Assembly (NCBI GenBank): GCA_965220895.1
Contig: OZ244850.1
Coordinates: forward strand, 165,656 to 229,655
DNA from: Gammaproteobacteria bacterium
Lineage (GTDB): Bacteria > Pseudomonadota > Gammaproteobacteria > UBA4575
Direction of reading: 5' to 3'
Length of the DNA: 64,000 nucleotides
A model generated the notes under the pieces. It worked only from the letters and a program-made list of their open reading frames with translations. It was not told the origin of the DNA and did no database searches. Every line of letters begins with the position of its first letter. Positions within the stretch are counted from its first letter, which is position 1. Position numbers and translations under genes: made by a program. Below, piece by piece: positions 37,302 to 47,287 of the stretch.

Positions 37302-39302
37302 TTACGAGACAGCAGCCACCTGGCGCTCGCGCGCATCCGCTGCAACCGTCTTTTTCCCCCGTTTCAGTCTCAGCCGATAGCGCCGGTCCAGGGCTGCCAG
37401 AATCCCACCGAGCGCCATCAGCGTGGCGCCCAGCCAGATCCACTGTACGAAGGGCTTGTAATAGAGCCGCATGCCCCAGGTCTGATCACCGACCTGCTCA
37501 CCGAGCGCCACATACACATCACGCAGGAATCCCGAATCAATCCCGGCTTCTGTCATGGGGTCTTGCTGGACCAGGTAGGTGCGCTTTTCCGGCAACAGCA
37601 GAGCGACCGGTTCACCGTTTTTGAACACACGCACGGAGGCCTGCTTGGACAGATAATTCGGACCCTGTACGTCCTGGACTCCATCCAGCTGGAACACATA
37701 GCCGGACAGTTCCGCTTTTTGGCCCACCTGCATGGGTAGCTCGCGCACCTGTTCAAATGCGCTGACGAAGGTCACCCCAAGCACGAACACCCCGACGCCC
37801 AGATGAGCCACTGACATGCCCCAGGTGGCGTGCGGGATCTTGCCGAGGCGATGCAAGAGGTGCGCCCCGCGCCCCGTCTGGCGAACGTTCTTGAACAGGT
37901 AATACCCGGCAGACGCGATGGACCAGGCTCCCAGTGTGGCACCCAGCGTGACGAGGATGGAGCTTCTTCCTGCGACCATCACCGGCAAGGCCAGCCCGAC
38001 GACCAGTCCGATCGCGGCGATCTTGAACAACCTCCTGAAGACTTGCCTGACCGGCGTGCTTTTCCAGCGCATGAAGGGCCCGATACCGACGACAAGCACC
38101 AGCGGCAGGGTCAGGGCGGAAAACACCAGATCAAAATAGGGTTTGCCGACAGACAGCGACGGCAGATTCAGGGCGCTGACAAACAAGGGGTACAGGGTAC
38201 CCACCAGGATGGTCAGCATGGCCACCAGCAGCAGTACGTTGTTGATCAGCAGTGCGGTCTCCCTGGAGAAAATTTCAAATTGTCCCGAGGACTTGATGGA
38301 CGGTGCACGCAAGGCGTACAGGCTCAACGAGCCGCCGATGACCACTGCCAGGAATATGAGGATGTACAGGCCACGCGCAGGATCCGTGGCAAACGCGTGC
38401 ACCGAGACCAGTACACCTGATCGCACGAGGAAGGTTCCCAGAAGGCTCAGGGAAAAGGCGAGTATCGCAAGCAGCACGGTCCAGTTTTTCAGGTTCGATC
38501 GCTTGTCGGTTACCGCTAGGGAGTGGACCAGTGCCGTACCCACCAGCCAGGGCATGAACGAGGCATTCTCGACAGGATCCCAGAACCACCATCCGCCCCA
38601 GCCCAGTTCATGGTAGGCCCACCAGCTGCCCAGCGTGATGCCGATGGTCAGGGACACCCAGGCGTAGATCACCCAGGGCCGCGACCATCTCGCCCATACT
38701 GAGTCCAGCTTGCCGCCCAGCAAGGCCGCAATGGCAAAGGCAAAAGCTACCGAGAATCCCACATACCCCATGTACAACATGGGAGGATGCATCACCAGAC
38801 CGGGATCCTGTAACAGGGGATTGAGGTCCCTGCCCTCGACCGGAGAAGGAAAGATTCTCTCGAAGGGGTTTGAAGTCAGCAATGTGAACAACAGGAATCC
38901 GACGCTGACAAAGCCCATCACGCCCAAGACACGGGCCACCATGTCACGGGGCAGGCTGGAACTGAAAATCGTCACCGCCACCGTCCAGAACCCCAGCATC
39001 AGGACCCAGAGCAGCAAGGAGCCCTCGTGTGCACCCCAGACCGCGGAAATCTTGTAATGAAGCGGCAGGGCCGTATTGGAATTGTTCGCCACATACAGCA
39101 CGGAGAAGTCATTGCTGACGAAGCTGTAGGTCAGGCAGGCGTAAGCCAGGGCGATGAACAGAAGCTGTCCGCGTGCCGCAGGTTTCGCTACGGCCATCCA
39201 CTGGGCCGTGTTCGTCTGCGCGCCGAGGATAGGGACCAGCGTCTGCACGAACGCCAGGCAAAGGGCCAGGATCAGGGCAAAATGACCAATTTCAGGAATC
39301 AT
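37302..39302 (-). CDS. ccmF: cytochrome c heme lyase subunit CcmF
   Basis: 666 aa and polytopic, with the WWD-like 'WGGWWFWDPVENAS'. Confidence 0.92.
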   Translation of the reverse strand: MIPEIGHFALILALCLAFVQTLVPILGAQTNTAQWMAVAKPAARGQLLFIALAYACLTYSFVSNDFSVLYVANNSNTALPLHYKISAVWGAHEGSLLLWVLMLGFWTVAVTIFSSSLPRDMVARVLGVMGFVSVGFLLFTLLTSNPFERIFPSPVEGRDLNPLLQDPGLVMHPPMLYMGYVGFSVAFAFAIAALLGGKLDSVWARWSRPWVIYAWVSLTIGITLGSWWAYHELGWGGWWFWDPVENASFMPWLVGTALVHSLAVTDKRSNLKNWTVLLAILAFSLSLLGTFLVRSGVLVSVHAFATDPARGLYILIFLAVVIGGSLSLYALRAPSIKSSGQFEIFSRETALLINNVLLLVAMLTILVGTLYPLFVSALNLPSLSVGKPYFDLVFSALTLPLVLVVGIGPFMRWKSTPVRQVFRRLFKIAAIGLVVGLALPVMVAGRSSILVTLGATLGAWSIASAGYYLFKNVRQTGRGAHLLHRLGKIPHATWGMSVAHLGVGVFVLGVTFVSAFEQVRELPMQVGQKAELSGYVFQLDGVQDVQGPNYLSKQASVRVFKNGEPVALLLPEKRTYLVQQDPMTEAGIDSGFLRDVYVALGEQVGDQTWGMRLYYKPFVQWIWLGATLMALGGILAALDRRYRLRLKRGKKTVAADARERQVAAVS

Positions 39303-39769
39303 GGGGTTTTGCGGCCGTACTCCGCCATGCTACTTGGAAGGGAGTCGCGGTACTCTTTCAGGCTGGCCGCCACTTCGGGGGGCATGTAGTTTTCATCATG
39401 CTTGGCCAGCACTTCCTGCGCCACGAACACCCCTTCCTCATTCAGAATCCCCTGGGCGACGATGCCCTGGCCTTCCCGGAACAGGTCGGGCAACAACCCC
39501 GTATAGCGCACCGTGATGGACTGGCTCAGATCCGTAACGCCAAAATCCGTCGTCAGCCCGTCGTCCGCCGTGATCACGCTGCCGGCCACCACGAGCCCGC
39601 CGATCCTGAACAGCCGGTTTCCGGGCACCTCGCCGGCTGCGACTTCGGACGGTGTGTGAAACAGCATGATGTTCTGGCGCATTCCGTACAGGGCCAGCGC
39701 CACGGCGCAACCGAGCCCCGCCACGAGGATGACGGTAAAGATCATGCGTTGTTTTCTCTTTGCGCGCAT
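39299..39769 (-). CDS. ccmE: heme chaperone CcmE
   Basis: 156 aa with the heme-binding His context 'VLAKHDENYMPPEV'. Confidence 0.9.
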   Translation of the reverse strand: MRAKRKQRMIFTVILVAGLGCAVALALYGMRQNIMLFHTPSEVAAGEVPGNRLFRIGGLVVAGSVITADDGLTTDFGVTDLSQSITVRYTGLLPDLFREGQGIVAQGILNEEGVFVAQEVLAKHDENYMPPEVAASLKEYRDSLPSSMAEYGRKTP

Positions 39770-39780
39770 ACGGTCCGAAA

Positions 39781-39930
39781 CTATGGTTCCAGGCTCTCCT
39801 TGATTTCTTTGAGAATCCTTTTCTTGCGAAGGCGTGCAAGTGCCAGGCCCGCCAGCAGCGCCACCAGGGTCACGCCATAGGAACCCCAGACGTAGAGTGC
39901 CTTGCCGTCCATGTAGAAAAACTCTTGCAT
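39781..39930 (-). CDS. ccmD: heme exporter protein CcmD (49 aa; below the ORF-track length cutoff)
   Basis: Own translation: MQEFFYMDGKALYVWGSYGVTLVALLAGLALARLRKKRILKEIKESLEP. It has one TM helix plus a basic tail and sits exactly between ccmC and ccmE. Confidence 0.7.
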   Translation of the reverse strand: MQEFFYMDGKALYVWGSYGVTLVALLAGLALARLRKKRILKEIKESLEP

Positions 39931-39932
39931 AA

Positions 39933-40670
39933 TCAGTCTTTTGTCAAACTATTTTTAACCCAGTTAGTAAGGCGTTCCCGGTACAAGATTGCATTTCGCA
40001 TGCGAATGAGCAACAGGCTCACGAAATAGAACTGGAAGGCGGTGGCCATGACCAGCAGCGGGTACAGCATGCTCGGGTGCACAGACGGCGTCTTGGAAAT
40101 CAGTTGCATATTGGGCTGGTGTAATGAACTCCACCATGTTACCGAATAGTGGATGATGGGTATATTGATGACTCCGATGATGGCCAGGATGCTGGCCACA
40201 CGGGCTGCAGTACGAGGCTCTTCGATGACGGAATGGACCGCGATGATGCCGAAATACAAAAACAGCAGGATCAGCTCCGAGGTCATCCTGGCATCCCACT
40301 GCCAATAGGTTCCCCAGGTCGGCTTGCCCCACAGCATGCCGGTCACCAGTGCCAGCGCCGTGAACATCGCACCAATGACCGCGCACTCCGACACCACGAT
40401 CTCCGACAGCTTGGTGCGCCAGACAATGGCGATAAAACCGGCGCCTGCCATGACGACATACACGAACATCGACATCCATGCCGACGGGACGTGAACATAG
40501 ATGATCCGGTAAGACTCTCCTTGCTGGTAATCCGCCGGGGCCACCAGCAATCCCCAGTAGAGCCCCACCAGCATCAAAACCGCAGTCAGGCCCAGCAGCC
40601 AGGGCACCCATTTCCCGGACCACTCGTAGTAATACTTCAGCGAAGACAGCCTATGCAGGAATTTCCACAT
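39933..40670 (-). CDS. ccmC: heme exporter protein CcmC
   Basis: 245 aa with the 'WGTYWQWDARMTSE' WWD motif. Confidence 0.9.
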   Translation of the reverse strand: MWKFLHRLSSLKYYYEWSGKWVPWLLGLTAVLMLVGLYWGLLVAPADYQQGESYRIIYVHVPSAWMSMFVYVVMAGAGFIAIVWRTKLSEIVVSECAVIGAMFTALALVTGMLWGKPTWGTYWQWDARMTSELILLFLYFGIIAVHSVIEEPRTAARVASILAIIGVINIPIIHYSVTWWSSLHQPNMQLISKTPSVHPSMLYPLLVMATAFQFYFVSLLLIRMRNAILYRERLTNWVKNSLTKD

Positions 40671-40673
40671 TGC

Positions 40674-41342
40674 TCAGCTCATACTTATTTTCAACGAGGC
40701 ACTGATCGCGAGCGGCGCCAGCAGCAGTGCCAGAATCAGGCCCGCGCCCAGCATCGCCAGCTGTCCCGAAACCGCAAGCCCGTCGGCGGCAGCACTGACT
40801 GCCAAGGACGCAAATATCAACACCGGGACATAGAGCGGCAGCACGAGAAGGCCCAGCAAAACTCCGCCGCCACGAAAACCCGCGGTCAGGGCGGCACCGA
40901 TGGCACCGATCAGGCTCAGGATCGGTGTACCCAGCAGGATCGTGGCCCACAGGACCGGGACGGCCTGCACGGGCATGTGCAGCAGCATCGCCATCAGCGG
41001 CACAATCACAAGCATGGGGCCCGCCGTAATCAACCAGTGTGCGACCACCTTGCCCAAGATCAGCAACGAGAAGGGATGGGGGCTCAAAAACAACTGCTCG
41101 ATACTGCCATCCTCGAAATCCTGCCTGAAAATGCTCTCCATGGAAATCAGAGCTGCCAGCAGCGTCGTGACCCAGACGAGTCCCGGGGCCAGCCTGCCCA
41201 GGAATTCGGCATCCGGGCTGATCCCCAGCGGAAAGAGGGTCGCCACAATGACGTAGAACAGGATCGGATTCATCAGGTCCGCGCGCCTGCGGTAGGCCAG
41301 CAACAGGTCGCGTTGGATCACAGTGATAAATACGTCCCGCAT
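40674..41342 (-). CDS. ccmB: heme exporter protein CcmB
   Basis: 222 aa and polytopic, in operon position between ccmA and ccmC. Confidence 0.88.
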   Translation of the reverse strand: MRDVFITVIQRDLLLAYRRRADLMNPILFYVIVATLFPLGISPDAEFLGRLAPGLVWVTTLLAALISMESIFRQDFEDGSIEQLFLSPHPFSLLILGKVVAHWLITAGPMLVIVPLMAMLLHMPVQAVPVLWATILLGTPILSLIGAIGAALTAGFRGGGVLLGLLVLPLYVPVLIFASLAVSAAADGLAVSGQLAMLGAGLILALLLAPLAISASLKISMS

Positions 41343-41344
41343 GA

Positions 41345-41977
41345 CTAGGATAGGTTGATCCGCTTGACCCGGTGTTCAGGAATCTTCAGTTCGCGATGCG
41401 TTGTAACCACCAGGATTCCCCCGTTTTCGAGATGAGCCTTCAACACCTGTTCGAAGCTGGCGATAAACTCCTTGTCCAGTGCCGTAAGGGGCTCATCAAG
41501 CACCCAGACGACTTTCTGCTGCAACTGCAGCTTGGCCAGCGCCAGGCGCCGTTTTTGCCCGGCGGAGAGCTTGCCGGTCATCATGTTTCTTTGCCCGAAC
41601 AGGCCCGCAGTGCGTACCACGTCCCTGATTTCAGGCTCCAGGCTGTTTTCACCCGTCAGGCGCTGCATGTATACAAGGTTCTCCATCACGGTCAGGTCCG
41701 GCTTGACCCCGGACTGGTGACCCACGTAGGACACCTGCTGGCGGTAATGCTCGTGTCCGTAGATGGATTCGCTGCACCAAGTGATCCGGCCGGCGGCAGG
41801 CTGGTGAAAGCCGCAGATGATTCTGAGCAGGCTTGTCTTGCCACTGCCATTGCTGCCTTTTACCACCAGGGTTTCCCCTGAAACTATTGAGAACCCCAGA
41901 CCGGAAAACAGTTCCTTGCTGCCTCGTACACACTTCAGGTCATGGGCTTCGAGAACCCTGGGTGCTTGAGTAGGCAT
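41345..41977 (-). CDS. ccmA: cytochrome c biogenesis ATP-binding export protein CcmA
   Basis: Contains 'GSNGSGKTSLLR' (Walker A), 'LSAGQKRRLAL' (ABC signature) and 'WVLDEP' (Walker B). Confidence 0.88.
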   Translation of the reverse strand: MPTQAPRVLEAHDLKCVRGSKELFSGLGFSIVSGETLVVKGSNGSGKTSLLRIICGFHQPAAGRITWCSESIYGHEHYRQQVSYVGHQSGVKPDLTVMENLVYMQRLTGENSLEPEIRDVVRTAGLFGQRNMMTGKLSAGQKRRLALAKLQLQQKVVWVLDEPLTALDKEFIASFEQVLKAHLENGGILVVTTHRELKIPEHRVKRINLS

Positions 41978-42207
41978 CGCATCGAACTTGATCAGGTAAA
42001 CTATGGAACTGGCACAGCTAACGTACTAACCAGCAAGGAATCTTAACATGCAGGGCCTTAAAAAAAATGAGCGAATTGGGCGCGCACAGCCCACCGGACG
42101 GGCGGTGCGGGTCCCCTCCCTAAAGGCGCCCGACACAAAAGACGGGACCTGCCACGATCTACAGGATATGGCCCTGTTTCCCGCCTAATTCCGACACTGC
42201 CTGGTCC

Positions 42208-45200
42208 ATGGACATCTTTCACCCGCCTCAGCCCGATAACACCAGCCCCCGGGTCACCTGGGGACAGACCTATGGCTGCAGCAAGAGCCTGGCGCTCGCA
42301 AAAACCATCGAGAGGTTTGCGGGCATGACCCTGGTGATCACGCCGGACATCCAGAGTGCTCTCACCTTGAAAAGCGAACTGACTTTTTTCTGTGGTGCTT
42401 CTGCCGAGATTTTCCTGTTTCCGGATTACGAGACTCTCCCCTACGACGCCCTGCCCCCCCACGAGGACATCATTTCGGACCGGCTGCTCATTTTGCGTTC
42501 GCTGCTGGATACCCGTTGCCGCGTTTTGATTGTCCCGGTCGCCACCTTCATGGGCCGGCTCGCACCCGAATCGTTCATCAGGGACCGCATACAGGATCTT
42601 GCGACAGGCGATCAACTGGACCCGGAAGAATTCAGGAACACCCTGGTCCACGCAGGCTACCAGTACGTACCCCAGGTCATGCTGCACGGGGAGTTTGCCA
42701 TTCGCGGCTCCATTATCGACCTGTATCCCATGGGATGCCCGCAACCCTACCGTATCGACCTGTTCAATGACGAGATCGACACGATCCGCACGTTCAACCC
42801 TGAAAGCCAGATCTCGGCACACCAGGTCGACCGGTTCCAAATCCTTCCAGCGCGTGAATTCCCCACCGGCGAACATGCCGTCAGGCGATTCAGGAAAAAC
42901 TACAGGATCCAGGTCGAGGGGGATCCGAACAACAGTGTGATCTACCGGGAAGTCAGCAACCACAACCTGCCGCGCGGAATTGAATACTACTTCCCGCTGT
43001 TTTTCGAGCAGACCCGTACATTCTTTGACTACCTCCCCGAGGACTGCCAGCTGGTCCTGTTTGAAGACAGCACCCGGATTGCAGAGGATTTCGAGAGCGA
43101 GGTATTTTCAAGGTACGAACAGCGAAAACACGACCCGGAACGCCCGCCGCTGCATCCCGGTCAACTGTGGATTTCCGCCAAGGAACTCGAGTGTGGCCTG
43201 CAGGAATTCAATACCATCCGGGTCCAGCAGTTCAAGCTGGAACGCCCCCGACCCGGCGAGTACAACCTCCCCACCCGAGTGCTGCCTGCCCTTGCCATCA
43301 ATTCGCGGGTCAGCCGACCGGCCACGGAACTCGATCAGTTCATCCAGGCCAGCCACTGCAGAATCCTGTTCCTGGCCGAATCACCTGGCAGACGGGAGTA
43401 CCTGCTGGATGTACTGAAGGGATTCAGCATATCCCCCGGGGTCGTCGAGAACTGGCAGGAATTCATCGATGCTGAACTCTCCCTGGCCATCACCATCGGC
43501 CCCCTGGAGGAAGGCCTGCTTCTGCCGGAAGACAACATTGCGATCGTCACGGAAAGCAACCTGTTCGGGGCCCGTGTCAAGCAGAAAAGGAAACACCGAC
43601 GGCATATACGCGATGCCGAGGCGCTGATCCGGGATCTTTCAGAAGTGGGCCAGGGAGCACCCATGGTACATGAAGACCATGGTGTCGGCCGGTACCGGGG
43701 GCTGAAAACCCTGAGCCTCAGCGGAGCGGAAACGGAATTCCTGGTGCTGGAGTATGCCAACCAGGACCTCCTGTACGTACCGGTATCCTCACTTCATCTG
43801 GTCAGTCGGTACACGGGAGCCGCAGACGAAAATGCACCGCTTCATCGCCTCGGGGGCGAGGCCTGGAAAAACATCAAGCGCCGCGCCGTAGCGCGCACAC
43901 GCGATGTCGCCGCTGAACTGCTCGACATCTACTCGCAGCGCGAGGCCAAGAAAGGCTACCAGTACGCCATCGACCACCAGGAGCTGAACCTGTTCGGGTC
44001 CACGTTCTCCTATGAAGAGACTCCGGACCAGCAAAAGGCGATTGACGACGTCATCAGCGACATGAAATCGCAAAAGCCCATGGACCGCATCGTGTGCGGG
44101 GACGTCGGCTTCGGCAAGACCGAAGTGGCCATGCGGGCCGCCTTCGTGGCTGCCTTGGCAGGAAAGCAGGTCGCCGTGCTGGTACCCACGACCCTGCTTG
44201 CCATGCAGCATTTCCAAAGCTTCAGTGACCGGTTTGCCGACTGGCCAGTGAGGATCGAGCACATCTCGCGATTCGTATCGGGCAAAAAACAAGGTGCCAC
44301 CAAGGCCAGTCTTTCTGACGGGAGCATCGACATTGTGATCGGCACGCACAAGCTGTTGAGCGCAGACATCCAGTTCAAGAATCTCGGTCTGATCGTCGTA
44401 GACGAGGAGCAACGATTCGGGGTACGCCAGAAGGAGATTCTCAAGAAAATGCGCACCGAAGTGGATGTCCTGACCCTGACAGCCACCCCGATCCCAAGAA
44501 CGTTGAACATGTCACTGAGCGGATTGCGCGACCTGTCCATCATTGCAACGCCACCCAGTCACCGCCATGCCATCAAGACCTTCGTCGGCACCTGGGACAC
44601 GCATACCATACGTGAAGCCTGCCTTCGTGAGCTCAAGCGCGGCGGGCAGATCTTTCTGCTCCACAATGAGGTTCGAAGCATCGAGAAAACCGCCAGGGAA
44701 ATTCGCCAACTACTGCCGAATACCATGGTCGGGGTCGCACACGGCCAGATGCCCGAACAGGACCTGGAGCAGGTCATGGTCGATTTCTATCACCAGCGTT
44801 TCAACGTCCTAGTGTGCACGACCATCATAGAAAACGGTATCGACATTCCATCAGCCAACACGATCATTGTCAATCGTGCGGACAAACTAGGATTGTCCCA
44901 GCTTCACCAGATCCGCGGAAGAGTGGGCCGGTCCAGTCACCGGGCCTATGCCTACCTGATCGCCCCGCCCAAATCCGTAATGACAGCCGATGCCGTAAAA
45001 CGGTTGGAAGCCATAGAAGCCCTGGAAGAGCTGGGGGCCGGGTTCACGGTAGCCACACATGACCTGGAAATCCGGGGCGCCGGTGAATTGCTGGGCGCAG
45101 AACAAAGTGGCCAGATTCACGAAATCGGGTTCAGCCTGTACAACCAGCTTCTAGCCCGTACCGTGGCTGCGCTCCAAGCGGGCGAGATGCCCTCGGCGGA

Positions 45201-45663
45201 CCTGCCTTCCGATCACGGCACCGAAGTGGACTTAGGGGTGCCTGCCCTGCTGCCAGAAGATTACGTGCCCGACGTGCACACCCGGCTGATGCTGTACAAG
45301 CGAATCGCGAGCGCAAAAGGCATGGATGACCTGCATGACCTCAAGGTGGAACTGATCGACCGCTTCGGCCTGCTGCCGGAATATGCAAAAAACCTGTTCG
45401 ATGTCACGCAGCTCAAGCTGCTTGCTGAACAGTATGACGTGACCCGGATACGGGCGGGTGACAAATCCGCGCACCTGAGTTTTGCAAAATCACATAAGAT
45501 AGACGTGAGCAAGCTGCTGGTACTTGTCCAGGAAAACCCTTCCATGTATAAGCTGAGCAGCGCCGAGAAACTTACGATCTACGCCGAAATGGAGGACGTG
45601 CAGCAGCGTCTTGAAACGATTGAAGGGTTGTTGAACGGCCTTCAACTCAAGCAAGCCGCCTGA
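42208..45663 (+). CDS. mfd: transcription-repair coupling factor
   Basis: 1151 aa. Contains 'CGDVGFGKTEVAMRAAF' (Walker A), 'VVDEEQRFGV' (DEEQ box) and the TRG/helicase C-terminal motifs. Confidence 0.93.
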   Translation: MDIFHPPQPDNTSPRVTWGQTYGCSKSLALAKTIERFAGMTLVITPDIQSALTLKSELTFFCGASAEIFLFPDYETLPYDALPPHEDIISDRLLILRSLLDTRCRVLIVPVATFMGRLAPESFIRDRIQDLATGDQLDPEEFRNTLVHAGYQYVPQVMLHGEFAIRGSIIDLYPMGCPQPYRIDLFNDEIDTIRTFNPESQISAHQVDRFQILPAREFPTGEHAVRRFRKNYRIQVEGDPNNSVIYREVSNHNLPRGIEYYFPLFFEQTRTFFDYLPEDCQLVLFEDSTRIAEDFESEVFSRYEQRKHDPERPPLHPGQLWISAKELECGLQEFNTIRVQQFKLERPRPGEYNLPTRVLPALAINSRVSRPATELDQFIQASHCRILFLAESPGRREYLLDVLKGFSISPGVVENWQEFIDAELSLAITIGPLEEGLLLPEDNIAIVTESNLFGARVKQKRKHRRHIRDAEALIRDLSEVGQGAPMVHEDHGVGRYRGLKTLSLSGAETEFLVLEYANQDLLYVPVSSLHLVSRYTGAADENAPLHRLGGEAWKNIKRRAVARTRDVAAELLDIYSQREAKKGYQYAIDHQELNLFGSTFSYEETPDQQKAIDDVISDMKSQKPMDRIVCGDVGFGKTEVAMRAAFVAALAGKQVAVLVPTTLLAMQHFQSFSDRFADWPVRIEHISRFVSGKKQGATKASLSDGSIDIVIGTHKLLSADIQFKNLGLIVVDEEQRFGVRQKEILKKMRTEVDVLTLTATPIPRTLNMSLSGLRDLSIIATPPSHRHAIKTFVGTWDTHTIREACLRELKRGGQIFLLHNEVRSIEKTAREIRQLLPNTMVGVAHGQMPEQDLEQVMVDFYHQRFNVLVCTTIIENGIDIPSANTIIVNRADKLGLSQLHQIRGRVGRSSHRAYAYLIAPPKSVMTADAVKRLEAIEALEELGAGFTVATHDLEIRGAGELLGAEQSGQIHEIGFSLYNQLLARTVAALQAGEMPSADLPSDHGTEVDLGVPALLPEDYVPDVHTRLMLYKRIASAKGMDDLHDLKVELIDRFGLLPEYAKNLFDVTQLKLLAEQYDVTRIRAGDKSAHLSFAKSHKIDVSKLLVLVQENPSMYKLSSAEKLTIYAEMEDVQQRLETIEGLLNGLQLKQAA

Positions 45664-45681
45664 ATCCCGAGCCTTGAGACG

Positions 45682-46389
45682 ATGAAAATTAGCACGCGGA
45701 TCAATTTCATCCTGTTCCTTTCCCTGCTGTGGGCCTGCCCGCCCGGCTTCGCGAAAGACTACATCGTTGAGATGATTTTCTTTGCCAACGTCTCTGATCC
45801 CGAACAAACCCTGGTGCAGACAGACGAACCCCCGGCACCTCCCGATCTGCAGGATGCCATCTTGCTGGATGACAGTGCTCTCCTGCATGATTTTCTGCCC
45901 CTGCCCCCGCCGGCACTGAAACTGGCCCGCCAGGCTTTCGTGCTGGCAGCCTCCGGCAAGTACCGCATCCTGGAGCATGCCGTCTGGCTACAGCCCGGCC
46001 TTGCAAAAAAGCAGGCCATTCCCGTGCGTATCCAGGCGGGTATCGACTACAGCGATGAATTTGGCGAACCCGCACCGCTGTACCTGGTCATCGAGGACCA
46101 AGACATGCAGGAAGAACATGCGATCCACGAGCTGGACGGGACGGTCAAGGTGGTCCTCGGGCGCTACCTGCACGTATTCACAGACCTCATCTATCGCAGG
46201 CCCCTGGACAAGCACACCAACACGAAATCCTCGACACCGGACAGCTCGGGGCATGCTCGTGTGCTGGCCGATTTCCCCCTGAAGATGCATCGAAAAATGC
46301 GCAGCAAGGAACTGCATTACATCGACCATCCCCTGTTCGGCATCCTGATGGAAATTCGCCCTGCCGAGAGCGGGGACGAGACGTCCTGA
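45682..46389 (+). CDS. secreted CsiV-like (DUF2803) protein
   Basis: Has a signal peptide followed by 'DYIVEMIFFAN'. Its position downstream of mfd fits the family. The family call is from memory. Confidence 0.5.
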   Translation: MKISTRINFILFLSLLWACPPGFAKDYIVEMIFFANVSDPEQTLVQTDEPPAPPDLQDAILLDDSALLHDFLPLPPPALKLARQAFVLAASGKYRILEHAVWLQPGLAKKQAIPVRIQAGIDYSDEFGEPAPLYLVIEDQDMQEEHAIHELDGTVKVVLGRYLHVFTDLIYRRPLDKHTNTKSSTPDSSGHARVLADFPLKMHRKMRSKELHYIDHPLFGILMEIRPAESGDETS

Positions 46390-46462
46390 CCCCGGACTTT
46401 CCGGGGATGGATGGATGGCGGCCCGGCCGGCCAAAAGGAATGGCTGGCCCGTAAATGCCCGC

Positions 46463-47221
46463 TCAGGAGCCCAGCTGTCCAGGACAGGCACTCAGCAACT
46501 GCCGAACAATGAGAATTTGCTGTTGCACGGTTTTCTGGATCTCCGCCATATCGATTTTTTCGCTGCTGTCTTCGCAACCTGCGGCCCAATTTACACAAAA
46601 TGCACAGGTCGCATAACAAAGGCCCAGCTCGCGTGCCAGAGAGGCCTCGGGCATCGACGTCATCCCGACGATGTCGCAGCCATCGCCAGCCATGCGCCTG
46701 ACTTCAGCGGCTGTTTCCAGCCGCGGGCCCTGCGTGACTCCATAGGTGGCGCCATCCAGTACCTCAAGACCGATTTTTTCAGAAGCCCGAAGCAGAATAT
46801 TGCGAAGTTCGTGACAGAATGGCTCGGTGAAATCGATATGCGTCACCTGCTCGAGATTCTGTTCGAAAAAAGTGTGTTTGCGGTCATAGGTGTAGTCCAC
46901 GAGCTGGTCGGGGAGGATGATTTTTTCCGGGCAAGCCGCCTTGCTGATGCCGCCTACCGCAGCAACACCAATGATGTGCGTTGCACCCATCTCATGCAGT
47001 GCCCAGATATTGGCGCAATAATTTACCCGGTGCGGCGGGATCGTGTGCCGGGGGCCGTGGCGCAGCAATAGGGTCACCTCCGCACCGCCCAGCTCCACGG
47101 TTTTCAGCACGCTGCTGCATTTGCCAAAGGGAGTGTCCATCCGCTGTTCCCTGACCGTCTCCAGGTCACCGAATGAATCAAATCCCGTGCCCCCGATGAT
47201 TGCAAGGTGCTTTACGGCCAT
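46463..47221 (-). CDS. S-methyl-5'-thioadenosine/thioinosine phosphorylase (PNP family 2)
   Basis: 252 aa. Contains 'AIIGGTG', 'LLRHGPRHTIPPHRVNY' and 'GVTQGPRLETAAE'. Confidence 0.85.
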   Translation of the reverse strand: MAVKHLAIIGGTGFDSFGDLETVREQRMDTPFGKCSSVLKTVELGGAEVTLLLRHGPRHTIPPHRVNYCANIWALHEMGATHIIGVAAVGGISKAACPEKIILPDQLVDYTYDRKHTFFEQNLEQVTHIDFTEPFCHELRNILLRASEKIGLEVLDGATYGVTQGPRLETAAEVRRMAGDGCDIVGMTSMPEASLARELGLCYATCAFCVNWAAGCEDSSEKIDMAEIQKTVQQQILIVRQLLSACPGQLGS

Positions 47222-47287
47222 GGCACGCCTATGGTCTCGGGCATCGGGCGACGACCGGATGCTGGGGCAAACGCACGGGACAACCGG

